64,000 nt of DNA from Candidatus Latescibacterota bacterium (GTDB lineage Bacteria > Latescibacterota > UBA2968 > GCA-2709665), in contig CBDCOX010000002.1 of NCBI GenBank assembly GCA_965219995.1, positions 96,001-160,000 of the forward strand, written 5' to 3'. The number at the start of each line of letters is the position of its first letter. Position 1 is the stretch's first letter. The notes beneath the pieces are model-generated. The model saw only the letters and a list, made by a program, of their open reading frames with translations. It ran no database searches and was not told where the DNA came from. The position numbers and the translations under genes were made by a program. Of the stretch, positions 28,070-38,260 are shown piece after piece.

Positions 28070-29221
28070 TCAAGGCAACACGGGCAATTCGCCAGCGACG
28101 GCAACGGGTTCCTCGTCTTCGGGGATCTCACCCGGCGATTCGAGTTCGTTGTAGAGATTGTCGCGTTCGGCGGGCTTCCGCCCGGCCTCGACGATGCGTT
28201 CCACCAGTTGTTTCCGGGTGAGCGCCTGCCGGGTCTCTTCGTACGCGCGCCTCGTGATTTCGTACTCCTGGATGGTGCCGTCGATGTCGTCCGCACCGTA
28301 CCAGAGTGCGACCTGGGAGATCTCGATGGTGTTCATGATCCAGAACGTCTTGATGTGCGGAAAATTGTCCAGCATGAGTCGCGCGACGGCGATTTCACGC
28401 AGGTCGGCCTCGCCCGTGGGGGCGGGCAGGTCTTCCAGTTCGGTGCGTTCAGGGTGGAAGGAAAGCGGAATGTAGGCCAGAAAACCGCCGGTCTCGTCCT
28501 GGAGTTCCCGAAGGCTGACCAGGTGCTGAACCCTTTCGTCCGGATTCTCGATGTGGCCGTAGAGCATGGTGGCGTTGGTGGGCAGGCCCACTTCGTGAGC
28601 GGTGCGGGCAACCCGCATCCATTCGTCGGAGTCGGCCTTGGTCCAGAACATCTCCGCCTGCACCCGATCGCTGAAGACTTCGGCGCCCCCGCCGGGGATC
28701 GAAGACACGCCCACCGCCTTGAGGTCCAGCATGACGTCGCGGAGCGGTTTCTTCGCGGCTCTGGCGATCTGTACCCATTCGATCGCCGTAAATGCCTTTA
28801 CGGCGACGTCCGGGCGGACTTCCTTCACGGCGTGTACGATGTCGATATAGTAGGAATAGGGAAGTTTGGGATTAATCCCCGCCACCATGTGGATTTCGGA
28901 GATGGGAATGTGCAAATACTGTCTGACCCGTTCCTGGACGTCTTCAGGCGACAGGACGTATCCCCGGCTGTCTTTCGGCGGTACGTAGAAGGAACAGAAT
29001 CTGCAGAGCTTGTTGCAGATGTTGGTGTAGTTGATGTGCTGGTTGCGCACGTACCAGGCCACGTTGCCGCAAAGACGCTCGCGTACGAAATTGGCCATGT
29101 ACCCCACCGCGTTGAGATCCGACGTATCGTATAGCCGCATGCCGTCCCCGGCGGAGAGGCGTTCGCCCGCGATGACTTTTTCGTACACGTCGATGAGTTC
29201 GTCAGGAATCTTCGGTTTCAT
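28070..29221 (-). CDS. mqnE: Aminofutalosine synthase MqnE (radical SAM)
   Basis: HINYTNICNKLCRFC, TNATMLYGHIE, DNFPHIKTFWIM, GADDIDGT. Confidence 0.92.
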   Translation of the reverse strand: MKPKIPDELIDVYEKVIAGERLSAGDGMRLYDTSDLNAVGYMANFVRERLCGNVAWYVRNQHINYTNICNKLCRFCSFYVPPKDSRGYVLSPEDVQERVRQYLHIPISEIHMVAGINPKLPYSYYIDIVHAVKEVRPDVAVKAFTAIEWVQIARAAKKPLRDVMLDLKAVGVSSIPGGGAEVFSDRVQAEMFWTKADSDEWMRVARTAHEVGLPTNATMLYGHIENPDERVQHLVSLRELQDETGGFLAYIPLSFHPERTELEDLPAPTGEADLREIAVARLMLDNFPHIKTFWIMNTIEISQVALWYGADDIDGTIQEYEITRRAYEETRQALTRKQLVERIVEAGRKPAERDNLYNELESPGEIPEDEEPVAVAGELPVLP

Positions 29222-29287
29222 CTTGAGATCCTCAACGTCGCGTCAATCGGCGGCAACCCGATAAGGATTGACGCCACCGGCTGTGGT

Positions 29288-30988
29288 TCAATTCTGACTC
29301 AGCATTTCCCGGGCGTGTTCCATGGTAAGGGCCGAAATCTTCTCCCCGCCCAGAAGCTTCGCAAGTTCCCGCGCGCGGTCTTCGTGGTCCAGGCGGATTA
29401 CCCGGGTGACGGTGCGTCCGTTCGATTCGGCCTTGTGCACTGCCAGATGGGTATCCGCCATTCTGGCAATTTGAGGCAGATGGGTGATGCAGATGGTCTG
29501 GCGCGCGCCCGACAGGCTCTTGAGCTTCCTGCCCACCACGTCCGCGATACGGCCGGAAATGCCGATATCGATTTCGTCGAAGATGAGGACCTGTACCGGA
29601 TCGGACCGGGAGAGCACGGATTTGAGGGCGAGCATGATCCGGGACACCTCTCCGCCGGAAGCCACTCTGACCAGCGGTCTGAGGGCTTCGCCGGGGTTCG
29701 TGGAAATGTGGAATTCCACGCGCTCGATGCCCTTCGGGCCCACGCGAAACCGCCTGTCTTCCAGGGCTACCCAACCGTCGGGCGACTCGTCCCTGATCAG
29801 CTCAACGCGGAATTCGGCCCGCGGAATCCCCAGGTCGCCGAGCGCATCCATCGTTGCGCGCGCGAGGTCTCGCGCGGCGGCTTCGCGCGCTCCGGAAAGC
29901 CGGGCGCACAGCTTTGCCAGGCCGGCACGGGCGGAGTCGATTTCTCCTTCCACCTCGGCCAGTGAACGGTCCAGACGCTCCGATTGCGCCAGTTCCTTCT
30001 CCGCGTCCTCACGATACTCGAGCACCGTTTCCAGGCTGCCGCCGTATTTCTTCTTCAGGTGCGCCAGGTCTTCCAGGCGACCGGTGACTTCCGCCAGGCG
30101 TTCCGGGTTGTGCTCGACGCTTCGTGCATAGTCCGAAAAGAAACGGGCCATTTCTTCGATGGCATAGCGCTGGGCGGTCACTTCATCGGCTTGAAGGCGG
30201 AGTGATTCGTCCATCTGCACGGCGTCTTTCAGGAGCTGTTCTGCCGCGCCCAGGCGATCCACGATGGAGTCGTCGCCCTGATAGAGCAGCGCTTCCAGGC
30301 TGACGGCGGTTTCGATCAGTCGTTCGGCGTGGGTGAGCAGCGATCGTTCCTGAAAAAGCCGCTCGTCTTCGTCCGGCTCCGGGTCTGCCGCGGCGATTTC
30401 CTCAACCTGAAATTCGAGAAGTTCCCGGCGGTCGCGCATGCGCCGGGCTTCGGCGTCGGCGTTTTCCCGCCTTGCGAGCAGATCCGCCAGACGACCGTGG
30501 GCGATACCGACCGATTCCCGGAGTTCGCCGAGGCTGCCGAACCCGTCCAGAAAGTCGATATGACGATCCGCATAGAGCAGCGACTGGTGATCGTGTTGTC
30601 CGTGAAGGTCGACCAGGGCCCGGGCCAGGTCGAGCAGTCCCCGGACGGGAACGGTCAGACCGTTGACGAAACAGCGGCTGCGACCGTTCGCGGCGACCTC
30701 CCGGCGGATGATGAGTTCACCGTGCTCGGCCTCGATGCCCATGGCGTCCAGAAGCGGCAGACAGCCGTGATCGGGCTGCAGCTGAAAAACGGCCTCGACA
30801 AGACACCGTTTCTCGCTCGTCCGGATCACGTCCGCGCTCGCCCGCGTTCCGAGAACCAGACCCAGGGCGCCGATGAGGATGGATTTGCCCGCGCCGGTTT
30901 CACCCGTAATGATGTTCAGCCCGGGTCCGAATTCAATCTCAACTCTGTCGATCAACGCGTAGTTGACGACCAGCAGGCGGCAGAGCAC
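29288..30988 (-). CDS. recN: DNA repair protein RecN
   Basis: TGETGAGKS, HGQHDHQSL, VASGGEVSR, IFDEIDIGISG, ITHLPQIA. Confidence 0.96.
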   Translation of the reverse strand: MLCRLLVVNYALIDRVEIEFGPGLNIITGETGAGKSILIGALGLVLGTRASADVIRTSEKRCLVEAVFQLQPDHGCLPLLDAMGIEAEHGELIIRREVAANGRSRCFVNGLTVPVRGLLDLARALVDLHGQHDHQSLLYADRHIDFLDGFGSLGELRESVGIAHGRLADLLARRENADAEARRMRDRRELLEFQVEEIAAADPEPDEDERLFQERSLLTHAERLIETAVSLEALLYQGDDSIVDRLGAAEQLLKDAVQMDESLRLQADEVTAQRYAIEEMARFFSDYARSVEHNPERLAEVTGRLEDLAHLKKKYGGSLETVLEYREDAEKELAQSERLDRSLAEVEGEIDSARAGLAKLCARLSGAREAAARDLARATMDALGDLGIPRAEFRVELIRDESPDGWVALEDRRFRVGPKGIERVEFHISTNPGEALRPLVRVASGGEVSRIMLALKSVLSRSDPVQVLIFDEIDIGISGRIADVVGRKLKSLSGARQTICITHLPQIARMADTHLAVHKAESNGRTVTRVIRLDHEDRARELAKLLGGEKISALTMEHAREMLSQN

Positions 30989-30990
30989 GT

Positions 30991-31857
30991 TCAGGACTCC
31001 CGAGTATCACGCCGGTCCAGACTCCAGTCCAGTTTTCGACTGAGCATCTGATAGAAGGACAACCCCTGGAGGTTGATCAGACGGGTCGTATGGGCGGCCT
31101 GTCGGATGTGTACGCGTTCTTCAGGCTGTATAGGTGAGACGATCTTGCCGTCGGCGGTTACCATGATATCGGTGTGTTCGGCGATCACCTGGACGGTGAT
31201 CGACTGACTGTCCGGTACGACGGCGGGACGCAACGATAGCGAGTGCGCGCAGATTGGCGTGACGATGAACGCCCGCAAATCGGGATGGACGATGGGCCCT
31301 CCCGCAGAAAGGCTGTAACTGGTTGATCCCGTTGGGGTTGAAACGATAATGCCATTCCCGAAAAAGGAGCTGAACGGCGTTTCGGAAATCCAGGACTTCA
31401 CCTGGACCAGGCGGGCGAGCACGGCTTTTTCGAATGTGAACTCGTTGAGCGCGAAGAAGGTCCTGTCGCCGATTTCCGCTTCGAGGACCATGCGTTCCTC
31501 GAGCTGGTATTCACCCCGCCTCAGTCTGCCCAGACTCTCCCGCAACTCTTCTGGCGCGGCACCGGCCAGAAACCCCAGCCGCCCGAGGTTGACGCCCAGA
31601 ATGGGCTTCTGCGAAGCGCCGACCAGGTTGGCCGCACGCAGAATGGTACCGTCCCCGCCCAGGGCGACAACGATATCCGAACAACCGGCCAGGTGGGCGC
31701 CGGGCCGGTAAGAGACTCCGCTGGAGACGCAGACTTCCCTTAACGGTTCCTCCAGAATGAGCTCGATGTCCTGGTCCTGCGCGAGCCGCACAAAATTCTG
31801 GATGATGGGACCGATGCCGTCCCGTTCGGAATATGCAAGAATGCCGATGCGCTTCAT
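30991..31857 (-). CDS. nadK: NAD(+) kinase
   Basis: LGGDGTIL, GVNLGRLGFL, STPTGSTSYSLSAGGP. Confidence 0.93.
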   Translation of the reverse strand: MKRIGILAYSERDGIGPIIQNFVRLAQDQDIELILEEPLREVCVSSGVSYRPGAHLAGCSDIVVALGGDGTILRAANLVGASQKPILGVNLGRLGFLAGAAPEELRESLGRLRRGEYQLEERMVLEAEIGDRTFFALNEFTFEKAVLARLVQVKSWISETPFSSFFGNGIIVSTPTGSTSYSLSAGGPIVHPDLRAFIVTPICAHSLSLRPAVVPDSQSITVQVIAEHTDIMVTADGKIVSPIQPEERVHIRQAAHTTRLINLQGLSFYQMLSRKLDWSLDRRDTRES

Positions 31858-31935
31858 TGGGACCGGTCTTCGTGGATAATTCGCTCTGGCTGTATCATTC
31901 AATGTAGCCTGAATTCCCGGATCTCGCAATCGGTG

Positions 31936-32190
31936 TTACGCACCCTGGTCCGGGGGTTCCCTGTCGGCATCCAGATCGGTCAGCTGAAAGTCGTTCCCGC
32001 TCTCTGCCGCGAGGACTTCGACGCGTTGTCTGGCCTCTTCGAGCCGCGCGCGGCATTGGTTCGACGCCTTCAGTCCCTCTTCGAAGAGTCGAAGCGCTTC
32101 CGCCAGGGGCAGGTTGCCGCCTTCCAGGGTCTCTACAGCGGTCTCGAGTTTTTTCAACGCCTCTTCGAAAGTGGGTTCTTCCTCGGCCAT
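31936..32190 (-). CDS. xseB: Exodeoxyribonuclease VII small subunit
   Basis: TFEEALKKLETAVETLEGGNLPLAEALRLFEEG. Confidence 0.93.
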   Translation of the reverse strand: MAEEEPTFEEALKKLETAVETLEGGNLPLAEALRLFEEGLKASNQCRARLEEARQRVEVLAAESGNDFQLTDLDADREPPDQGA

Positions 32191-32275
32191 CGGATTCCTC
32201 GTGGGTGTGAAGGGCCTGCCATGTCTGAGCCTTCCTCCGAACCGCGCAGCCGTCCGGAGGAAATGCCGGTGACGC

Positions 32276-33487
32276 TCAAGTCACTGTCGGACTTTCTGCC
32301 AGAATACTGTCGACCGTGCAGAAGATTTCGCCGCTGGACAGGCGAACGCGGACCTGTTCGTCTTTCGCAAGCGAATCGGCCCGGGTGACCAGCGCGTTGT
32401 CGTCGGCCCGATGCGTGAGGCTGTACCCCCGGCTAAGGACGGAGAGCGGGCTGAGCGCACCGAGTTCGACGGTGCGGCGCCGATACGAGTCCAGGCGCCG
32501 ATCGAAACTGCGCCTGAGGCCGTTCTGAAGGCCCCTCTGAAGGTCGTCGACGGCCTGGATGTTCTGGAGGATGGTGTCTTCGACCTTACGCAATCCGTAC
32601 CGGCCCATGTAGCCGCTGAGCAGGTCCTGGTTCTCTTTCAGATAGCGGTTCAGTGCGACGCAGGAACGCCTCGCAAGGTTTTGAATCCGGGCACGCAACT
32701 CCTCGGCGTCGCGAACGGCCAGTTCGGCCGCCGCCGACGGCGTGGGAGCCCTGCAATCGGCGGCAAGGTCGGCCAGGGTGACGTCAACTTCGTGTCCCAC
32801 GGCGGAGATTACGGGAATGCCGGAGCCGCAGATGGCGCGAACGACGACCTCGGTGTTGAACGCCGCCAGGTCTTCCACGGAACCACCGCCGCGACCCACG
32901 ATCAGCACGTCGGCCTTGCCGTGCGCATTCAGCTCTTCGATGGCAAGCGCGATGTCTTCCGGTGCGCCGGCGCCTTGAACCAGCGTCGGCCGGAGTATGA
33001 TGTTGACACCGGGAAATCGCCTTTCCAACACATTCAGAATGTCCCGAATCGCCGCTCCCGTGCGGGACGTGGCCACACCGATCGACAGCGGGAAGGCCGG
33101 AAGCGCGCGTTTCCGCGCCTGATCGAACAGCCCTTCCTCCTGAAGCCTGCGCTTGAGCGCTTCCAGTGCGATCTGTTGCTGGCCGCTGCCGGCGGGGAAG
33201 AGCTGCGAGACGATCAGCTGGTACTCGCCGTTGCGTTCATAGACCGTAATCCGCCCTCTGGCGAGCACCTTGACGCCGGTTTCGGGCTGAAATGCCGGCG
33301 TCGCAGACCGCCACATCACGCACCGGAGCTGGCAGGTCCGGTCGATGAGGGTAAAGTAACGATGGCCCGAAGCCGCCTGGTTGTATTGGGATATTTCACC
33401 CACAATCCACAGGACGGGGAATTCCGCTTCGAGGTTTTTTCGGATTGCCTGCGTTATTTCTGTAACGGTATAGGGCCGTTCCGCCAC
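32276..33487 (-). CDS. xseA: Exodeoxyribonuclease VII large subunit
   Basis: GEISQ...SGHRYFTL, TGAAIRD, GRGGGSVEDL, SAVGHEVD, APTPSAAAE. Confidence 0.95.
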   Translation of the reverse strand: MAERPYTVTEITQAIRKNLEAEFPVLWIVGEISQYNQAASGHRYFTLIDRTCQLRCVMWRSATPAFQPETGVKVLARGRITVYERNGEYQLIVSQLFPAGSGQQQIALEALKRRLQEEGLFDQARKRALPAFPLSIGVATSRTGAAIRDILNVLERRFPGVNIILRPTLVQGAGAPEDIALAIEELNAHGKADVLIVGRGGGSVEDLAAFNTEVVVRAICGSGIPVISAVGHEVDVTLADLAADCRAPTPSAAAELAVRDAEELRARIQNLARRSCVALNRYLKENQDLLSGYMGRYGLRKVEDTILQNIQAVDDLQRGLQNGLRRSFDRRLDSYRRRTVELGALSPLSVLSRGYSLTHRADDNALVTRADSLAKDEQVRVRLSSGEIFCTVDSILAESPTVT

Positions 33488-33489
33488 GG

Positions 33490-34278
33490 TCAGGACTCCT
33501 GCCAGTCGATCCGCAGTCGTTCGATGCGGGTGGCTCTGCCGGATTCGTCTTCGACTTCCACGATAACGCCGCAAAGCTTGATATCGTTTACCGCCGGCTC
33601 AAACCGTACAGGCGTCCGATCCAGAAACCGATGGATCACGGCCTCCTTCCGCGCGCCGATCACGGAGTCGTGGGGGCCGGTCATGCCGGCATCCGACACG
33701 TAAGCCGTTCCTCCCGGCAGAATGCGCTCGTCGGCGGTCTGTACGTGGGTGTGGGTGCCAAGAACGGCGCTGGCGCGGCCGTCCATAAACCATCCGTACG
33801 CGATTTTTTCGGAACTCGCCTCCGCGTGAAAATCGATGAAAATCACGTGAGTCTGCCGGCGAAGGCGGTCCACGATATCCCTGCCGACGCGAAAGGGGCA
33901 GTCCAGGTCCAGCATATGCACCCGGCCCTGGATGCAGACCACGCCGACAGAAATCCCGTTCGATGCGGTGAAGATGCCGTAGCCGGTCCCGCCGACGCTC
34001 TCCGGGAAATTCGCCGGCCTCAGAACGCGGTCGGCGCCGAGTATGTACGGGATGGCGTCCTTTCGGTCCCAGACGTGGTTTCCCGTGGTGATCACGTCGG
34101 CGCCGTACGCGAAGAGTTTTTTTGCGATGTTTTCCGTAAGGCCGAAGCCGCCGGCGGCGTTCTCTCCGTTGGCGATACAGAAATCGATCTGATGGCTTTC
34201 CCTGAGCCGGGGAATCAGATCGGCGGCCGCTTTTCTGCCCGGCTTGCCGTAGATATCGCCGACAAACAGAATATTCAA
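33490..34278 (-). CDS. ymdB: TIGR00282-family metallophosphoesterase (YmdB)
   Basis: GDIYGKPG, NGENAAGG, DFHAEASSEK, GTHTHVQTAD; follows rny. Confidence 0.92.
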   Translation of the reverse strand: MNILFVGDIYGKPGRKAAADLIPRLRESHQIDFCIANGENAAGGFGLTENIAKKLFAYGADVITTGNHVWDRKDAIPYILGADRVLRPANFPESVGGTGYGIFTASNGISVGVVCIQGRVHMLDLDCPFRVGRDIVDRLRRQTHVIFIDFHAEASSEKIAYGWFMDGRASAVLGTHTHVQTADERILPGGTAYVSDAGMTGPHDSVIGARKEAVIHRFLDRTPVRFEPAVNDIKLCGVIVEVEDESGRATRIERLRIDWQES

Positions 34279-34426
34279 GTGGACACCTGTAAATTACGGT
34301 CAAGGATTGGCGTCGCGTTCCACGCCGCGCGCGGGCGAATCAACCGTGTACGGAAGAACAACAGGTAACGGACAGCGGAGCATCGGGATTCGGTCGCAGG
34401 GGGAAGCAGCGACTGCGCCGGAGACA

Positions 34427-36013
34427 TCAGCGCGCGAAGTCCACTGAACGCGTTTCTCTGATGACGGTTACCTTGACCGGCCCGGGGCAGGTGGCGTCTT
34501 CCGTGAGCCGGGAAACGATCTGCGTGGCCAGGCGTTCCGTGTCGGCGTCGCTCATCATATCGGAGTCCGCCACGACACGGACCTCCTGCCCGGCCTTGAT
34601 GGCGAAGACCGATTCGACGCCCTGTACCATCTTGGCGATGGACTCCAGTCGTTCCAGACGTCGGACGTAATTCTCGATCTGTTCGCGCTGCGCGCCCGGC
34701 CGCGACCTTGAAATCGAGTCGGCCGCGTCGACCAGTACGGCAACCGGCGAAATCGGGTCCGAATCTCCATGATGCGCCTCGATTGCGTTTATCACAACGG
34801 CGTCTTCACCGTATTTGCGCGCCAGATCGGCTCCATTCTCTCCGTACGTGCCCTCGGCTTCATGCGCCAGCCCTTTGCCGATGTCGTGAAGCAATCCCGC
34901 GCGTTTGGCCAGTTGGGCGTCGAGCCCGAGCGAAGTGGCCATCATCCCTGAAAGAAAGGCCACCTCTTTGCTGTGATTCAGTACGTTCTGACCGTAGCTC
35001 GTGCGGTATTTGAGTCGGCCCAGGCAAGCGATGAGTCGATCGTGCAGGCCAGGCACGCCCGCGTCGAATGCCGCCTGGACGCCGGCATCGTGCATGACCT
35101 CCTGAATCGACTCCCTCGACTTCTGCACGATTTCTTCGATCCGACCCGGGTGGATGCGCCCGTCCAGAATCAGCTGTTCCATGGCAATCTGCGCGATCGC
35201 GCGGCGGATGGGGTCGAACCCCGACAGGATAACCGCTTCGGGCGTGTCGTCGATTGTGACATCCACGCCCGTGGCCATTTCAAAGGCCCGGATATTTCGG
35301 CCCTCACGCCCGATAATCCGCCCTTTCATCTCATCGGAAGGCAGGCGTACGACCGCAACGGTGGACTCGATGGTATGGTCAGCCGCCAACCGTTGAATCG
35401 CTCCGGCGATGATTTCCCGGGCTTCATCGTTTGCCCGGACGAGTGCGTCGTCACGAATTTCCTTCAGCCGCCATTCCGCATCGCGTTCCGCCTCCGATTC
35501 CATGTTGGCCATCAGTACCCGCTTTGCCTCTTCCTTCGTAAGACCCGCGATCTGTTCCAGGCGCCTGTTCTGTCTCAGACGACCCTGTTCAAGTTCCCGT
35601 GCCCGGTCCGCGAGCTGCTCCTCCAGCAACCCGAGCTGCTCATTTTTCTCCGTAGCCAGTTTTTCCTTGTCGTTCAACAGGTCCGCACGCTTGTCGAGCT
35701 GCCGTCTGAGGCTGCTCAGTTTCGACTCCTCCCTGTTGGACCGATCGCGTTTTTCTTCCAGTTCCTGATCGAACCGGAGCCGCTCCTGCTGGATCCTGTC
35801 TTTGGCCTCCAGGACCGCCGTCCGCTTCATTGCGTCCGCTTCGGTCCGGGCATCTTCCAGAATTTTCTCCGCGGAGAGTTCGGCGCGATGAATCTTGCGC
35901 TTCGCGATCTTGCCGCTGATCAGCCATCCCAGAATGAATCCCAGTATAAGCAGCCCGGCCGACAGCGTGATGATTGTCACGACTTCCATGGTCGTGTCTA
36001 TCGGCAGGTTCAT
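34427..36013 (-). CDS. rny: Ribonuclease Y
   Basis: N-terminal TM + coiled coil, MKGRIIGREGRNIR (KH), RTSYGQNVL, LLHDIGK (HD); GGAGG before ATG 36013. Confidence 0.95.
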   Translation of the reverse strand: MNLPIDTTMEVVTIITLSAGLLILGFILGWLISGKIAKRKIHRAELSAEKILEDARTEADAMKRTAVLEAKDRIQQERLRFDQELEEKRDRSNREESKLSSLRRQLDKRADLLNDKEKLATEKNEQLGLLEEQLADRARELEQGRLRQNRRLEQIAGLTKEEAKRVLMANMESEAERDAEWRLKEIRDDALVRANDEAREIIAGAIQRLAADHTIESTVAVVRLPSDEMKGRIIGREGRNIRAFEMATGVDVTIDDTPEAVILSGFDPIRRAIAQIAMEQLILDGRIHPGRIEEIVQKSRESIQEVMHDAGVQAAFDAGVPGLHDRLIACLGRLKYRTSYGQNVLNHSKEVAFLSGMMATSLGLDAQLAKRAGLLHDIGKGLAHEAEGTYGENGADLARKYGEDAVVINAIEAHHGDSDPISPVAVLVDAADSISRSRPGAQREQIENYVRRLERLESIAKMVQGVESVFAIKAGQEVRVVADSDMMSDADTERLATQIVSRLTEDATCPGPVKVTVIRETRSVDFAR

Positions 36014-36076
36014 TTCGGCCTCCACGTCAATTGGGACCACGCGTCAATGCGTAAATAAAAAAAACCCGGCATAAAT

Positions 36077-36236
36077 AAAAAAAACCCGCTTGCGCTCATC
36101 CGGTTCCGCATATCCCGTCCGGGTAACGGTGATCGCTCCGGATGGTTACAGATGAACGCAGCAGGCAGCACCGGAATCGTCGATCCGGCAGGGGTGCGCG
36201 GAATTGCCCGCACGCCCTTAATGTTCGAGGTCGTCT
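36077..36236 (-). ncRNA. Candidate 6S-like structured RNA between zapA and rny
   Basis: Position typical of ssrS; CCTGCTGCGTTCATC pairs with GATGAGCGCAAGCGGG, then T run; rod shorter than canonical 6S. Confidence 0.5.
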
Positions 36237-36521
36237 CTACGCAATCCGGTTTGTTAAAGAGGCAAGATTTCGGGTTTTTTCCGTCAGGGTATGACCCAAC
36301 TTCCGACTGGCTTCTTCCTCTTTGAGCAGTTCGTGCGCGAGATTGACGGCGGCTACGACTGCAATCTTGGCAACCGAACGAAGTGAAATGGTATTCGCGA
36401 CGTCACGCATTTTCAGGTCGACGTACCGTGCCACGGCCCGGGCATGGTCCGGGTCGCCTTCCGAGTGGATGTTGTATTCGGTGCCGAAGATCTGGACGCA
36501 TATTACCGGTTGTTCAGACAT
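36237..36521 (-). CDS. zapA: Cell division protein ZapA
   Basis: VQIFGTEYNI...VARYVDLKM...KIAVVAAVNLAHEL. Confidence 0.9.
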   Translation of the reverse strand: MSEQPVICVQIFGTEYNIHSEGDPDHARAVARYVDLKMRDVANTISLRSVAKIAVVAAVNLAHELLKEEEASRKLGHTLTEKTRNLASLTNRIA

Positions 36522-36588
36522 GAAACCTCGGGACATCCGGACGCGGGGTGAAGCTCTGCGGCGCGGCGTGGATGTCGGCGGCGCTGTT

Positions 36589-37242
36589 TTACGCTGTGTT
36601 CACTGAATCCAGACGCGAGATCATGGTTTCGATTTTGCGTTGGATCTCCTCCTTGTTCTCAATCAGTGACGCATTGTTATCGTAAATGGACCGGAGGCGT
36701 TCCCTTTCCGCCTGCAATCCGGAGATCGCCTGGTCCTTTTCTTCCAGCTGTCGCTGAAGTTCCCGGTTTCTCTCATTGAGTTCGGCGTTCTGCTGTCGCA
36801 ATTGCCGGATGATCCCGACAGCACGGTCGATTTCACTTAACAGGTGATCCAGCTGCCCGGTCACCCGGTTCTCCGACTCCAACCGGTCTGCTTCAAGGTC
36901 GGCGGCGTCTGCTTGCCCGTCAGTCCGTTCCTCCGTTTCAACCCGCGGTTCTTCAGCTTCCTCCGAATCCGCGGGTTCGTCCGAAGGGTCAACGGATTCG
37001 ATGGGTTGGTCCTGTCGATCGCGGAGATCGAGCTGCCCGTCTTCCGGGTTTTCGAGTTCCGTCCGTTCGTCTGCTTCGAGGACGGCCTCGAAGGCGTCTT
37101 CGTCCCGATCTCGGAGATGGAGCTGTCCGTGTTCCTGTTCGTCTGTTGCGGTCGTTCCGTCCGTCGGACCGTCGGTTTCGAAAGGTTCGTCGTCCCCGAT
37201 TCCCGACTCCGGCTGTTCGTTCACCCGATCCTGCGCTTCCAT
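36589..37242 (-). CDS. ZapB-like coiled-coil protein with acidic, probably disordered N-terminus
   Basis: C-terminal coiled coil ending KEEIQRKIETMISRL; directly upstream of zapA. Confidence 0.65.
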   Translation of the reverse strand: MEAQDRVNEQPESGIGDDEPFETDGPTDGTTATDEQEHGQLHLRDRDEDAFEAVLEADERTELENPEDGQLDLRDRQDQPIESVDPSDEPADSEEAEEPRVETEERTDGQADAADLEADRLESENRVTGQLDHLLSEIDRAVGIIRQLRQQNAELNERNRELQRQLEEKDQAISGLQAERERLRSIYDNNASLIENKEEIQRKIETMISRLDSVNTA

Positions 37243-37331
37243 GGTCTCACCCTTTCGTGGATGACGTCGTTTTCGGTCCGTTTGTACAGTCAGAGAGCAC
37301 AAATCCGCGTGTGTGTCTCCCTGCTTTGAGA

Positions 37332-37360
37332 AATGTAAACCCTCCATGGCCTGAAGTCAA
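37332..37360 (-). promoter_or_regulatory. Sigma70 promoter for the zapB-like/zapA/rny segment
   Basis: TTGACT-17-TACATT on the minus strand, in the gap where pheST usually lie. Confidence 0.6.
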
Positions 37361-37443
37361 GGGCGGGATACCGTTTGTACGGGGAGCGAAAACGGAATCG
37401 GGGTGGATTCCAGGGGACGCCTTTTCGATGGATTCTGCAGGTT

Positions 37444-37797
37444 CTACAGGGCTCGTCGAGCCTGTTCCGCCAGCGCCGTGAACGCTGCTGCATCCGTGAT
37501 GGCGAGGTTGGCAAGGACTTTTCTGTCAACCGCAATGTCGGCTTTTTTAAGGCCGTTGATCAGGCTGCTGTACGAGAGTCCGTTCAGCCGGGCGGCGGCA
37601 TTGATTCGAACGATCCACAGAGAGCGGAAATTCCTCTTTTTCTGGCGACGGTCCCTGTATGCATAGGAAAGCGCTCGATGAACGGCGTCGTCTGCGGTGC
37701 GGTAAAGCTTGCTTCGTCCTCCGCGGTAGCCTCGCGCGGCTTTGAGGACCTTTTTTCGCCTGCGCCGGGATGCGACGCTATTCGTTGTTCTGGCCAT
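37444..37797 (-). CDS. rplT: 50S ribosomal protein L20
   Basis: [33 protein letters not shown]. Confidence 0.97.
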   Translation of the reverse strand: MARTTNSVASRRRRKKVLKAARGYRGGRSKLYRTADDAVHRALSYAYRDRRQKKRNFRSLWIVRINAAARLNGLSYSSLINGLKKADIAVDRKVLANLAITDAAAFTALAEQARRAL

Positions 37798-37924
37798 ATC
37801 GATGGTCTCCTGGTCGTGCCTGGCAGTGCCGGGAGCACTCTCCGGCTCCTTTCCGCCATGGTCTCAATTCAAAATCCGCACCGAGGCGGAAAGAGCACTT
37901 GCGTTTTCGCAGCGCAGCTGCCCG

Positions 37925-38119
37925 TCAGTTGGGTAGCAGGCGTTGAACCCGGTCCTGGTCGGATTTGTGTACCACGGTGGACTTCCGCAGGTGCATCTTG
38001 CGTTTGCTGCTTTTGCTCGTCAGGTTATGCGTGACCGTTGACTTTCTGCGGCCGATCGTACCGGATTTCCGGCGCTTGAAACGTTTCGCGGCTCCCCGGT
38101 GGGTTTTCATTTTGGGCAC
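37925..38119 (-). CDS. rpmI: 50S ribosomal protein L35
   Basis: [14 protein letters not shown]. Confidence 0.95.
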   Translation of the reverse strand: MPKMKTHRGAAKRFKRRKSGTIGRRKSTVTHNLTSKSSKRKMHLRKSTVVHKSDQDRVQRLLPN

Positions 38120-38260
38120 GTTCAACTCCTTGGCAAAGTTCATTAGTATGCCGCACGCGCGGGTGCGGCAGCGGAGGGCCGGTCCGGACGGACCGGAGAC
38201 ATCCGGGTCTTTCCCGACGTTGTGTTCCGATGCCTCGCGTGCCGGCGCCTACGGCGGATG

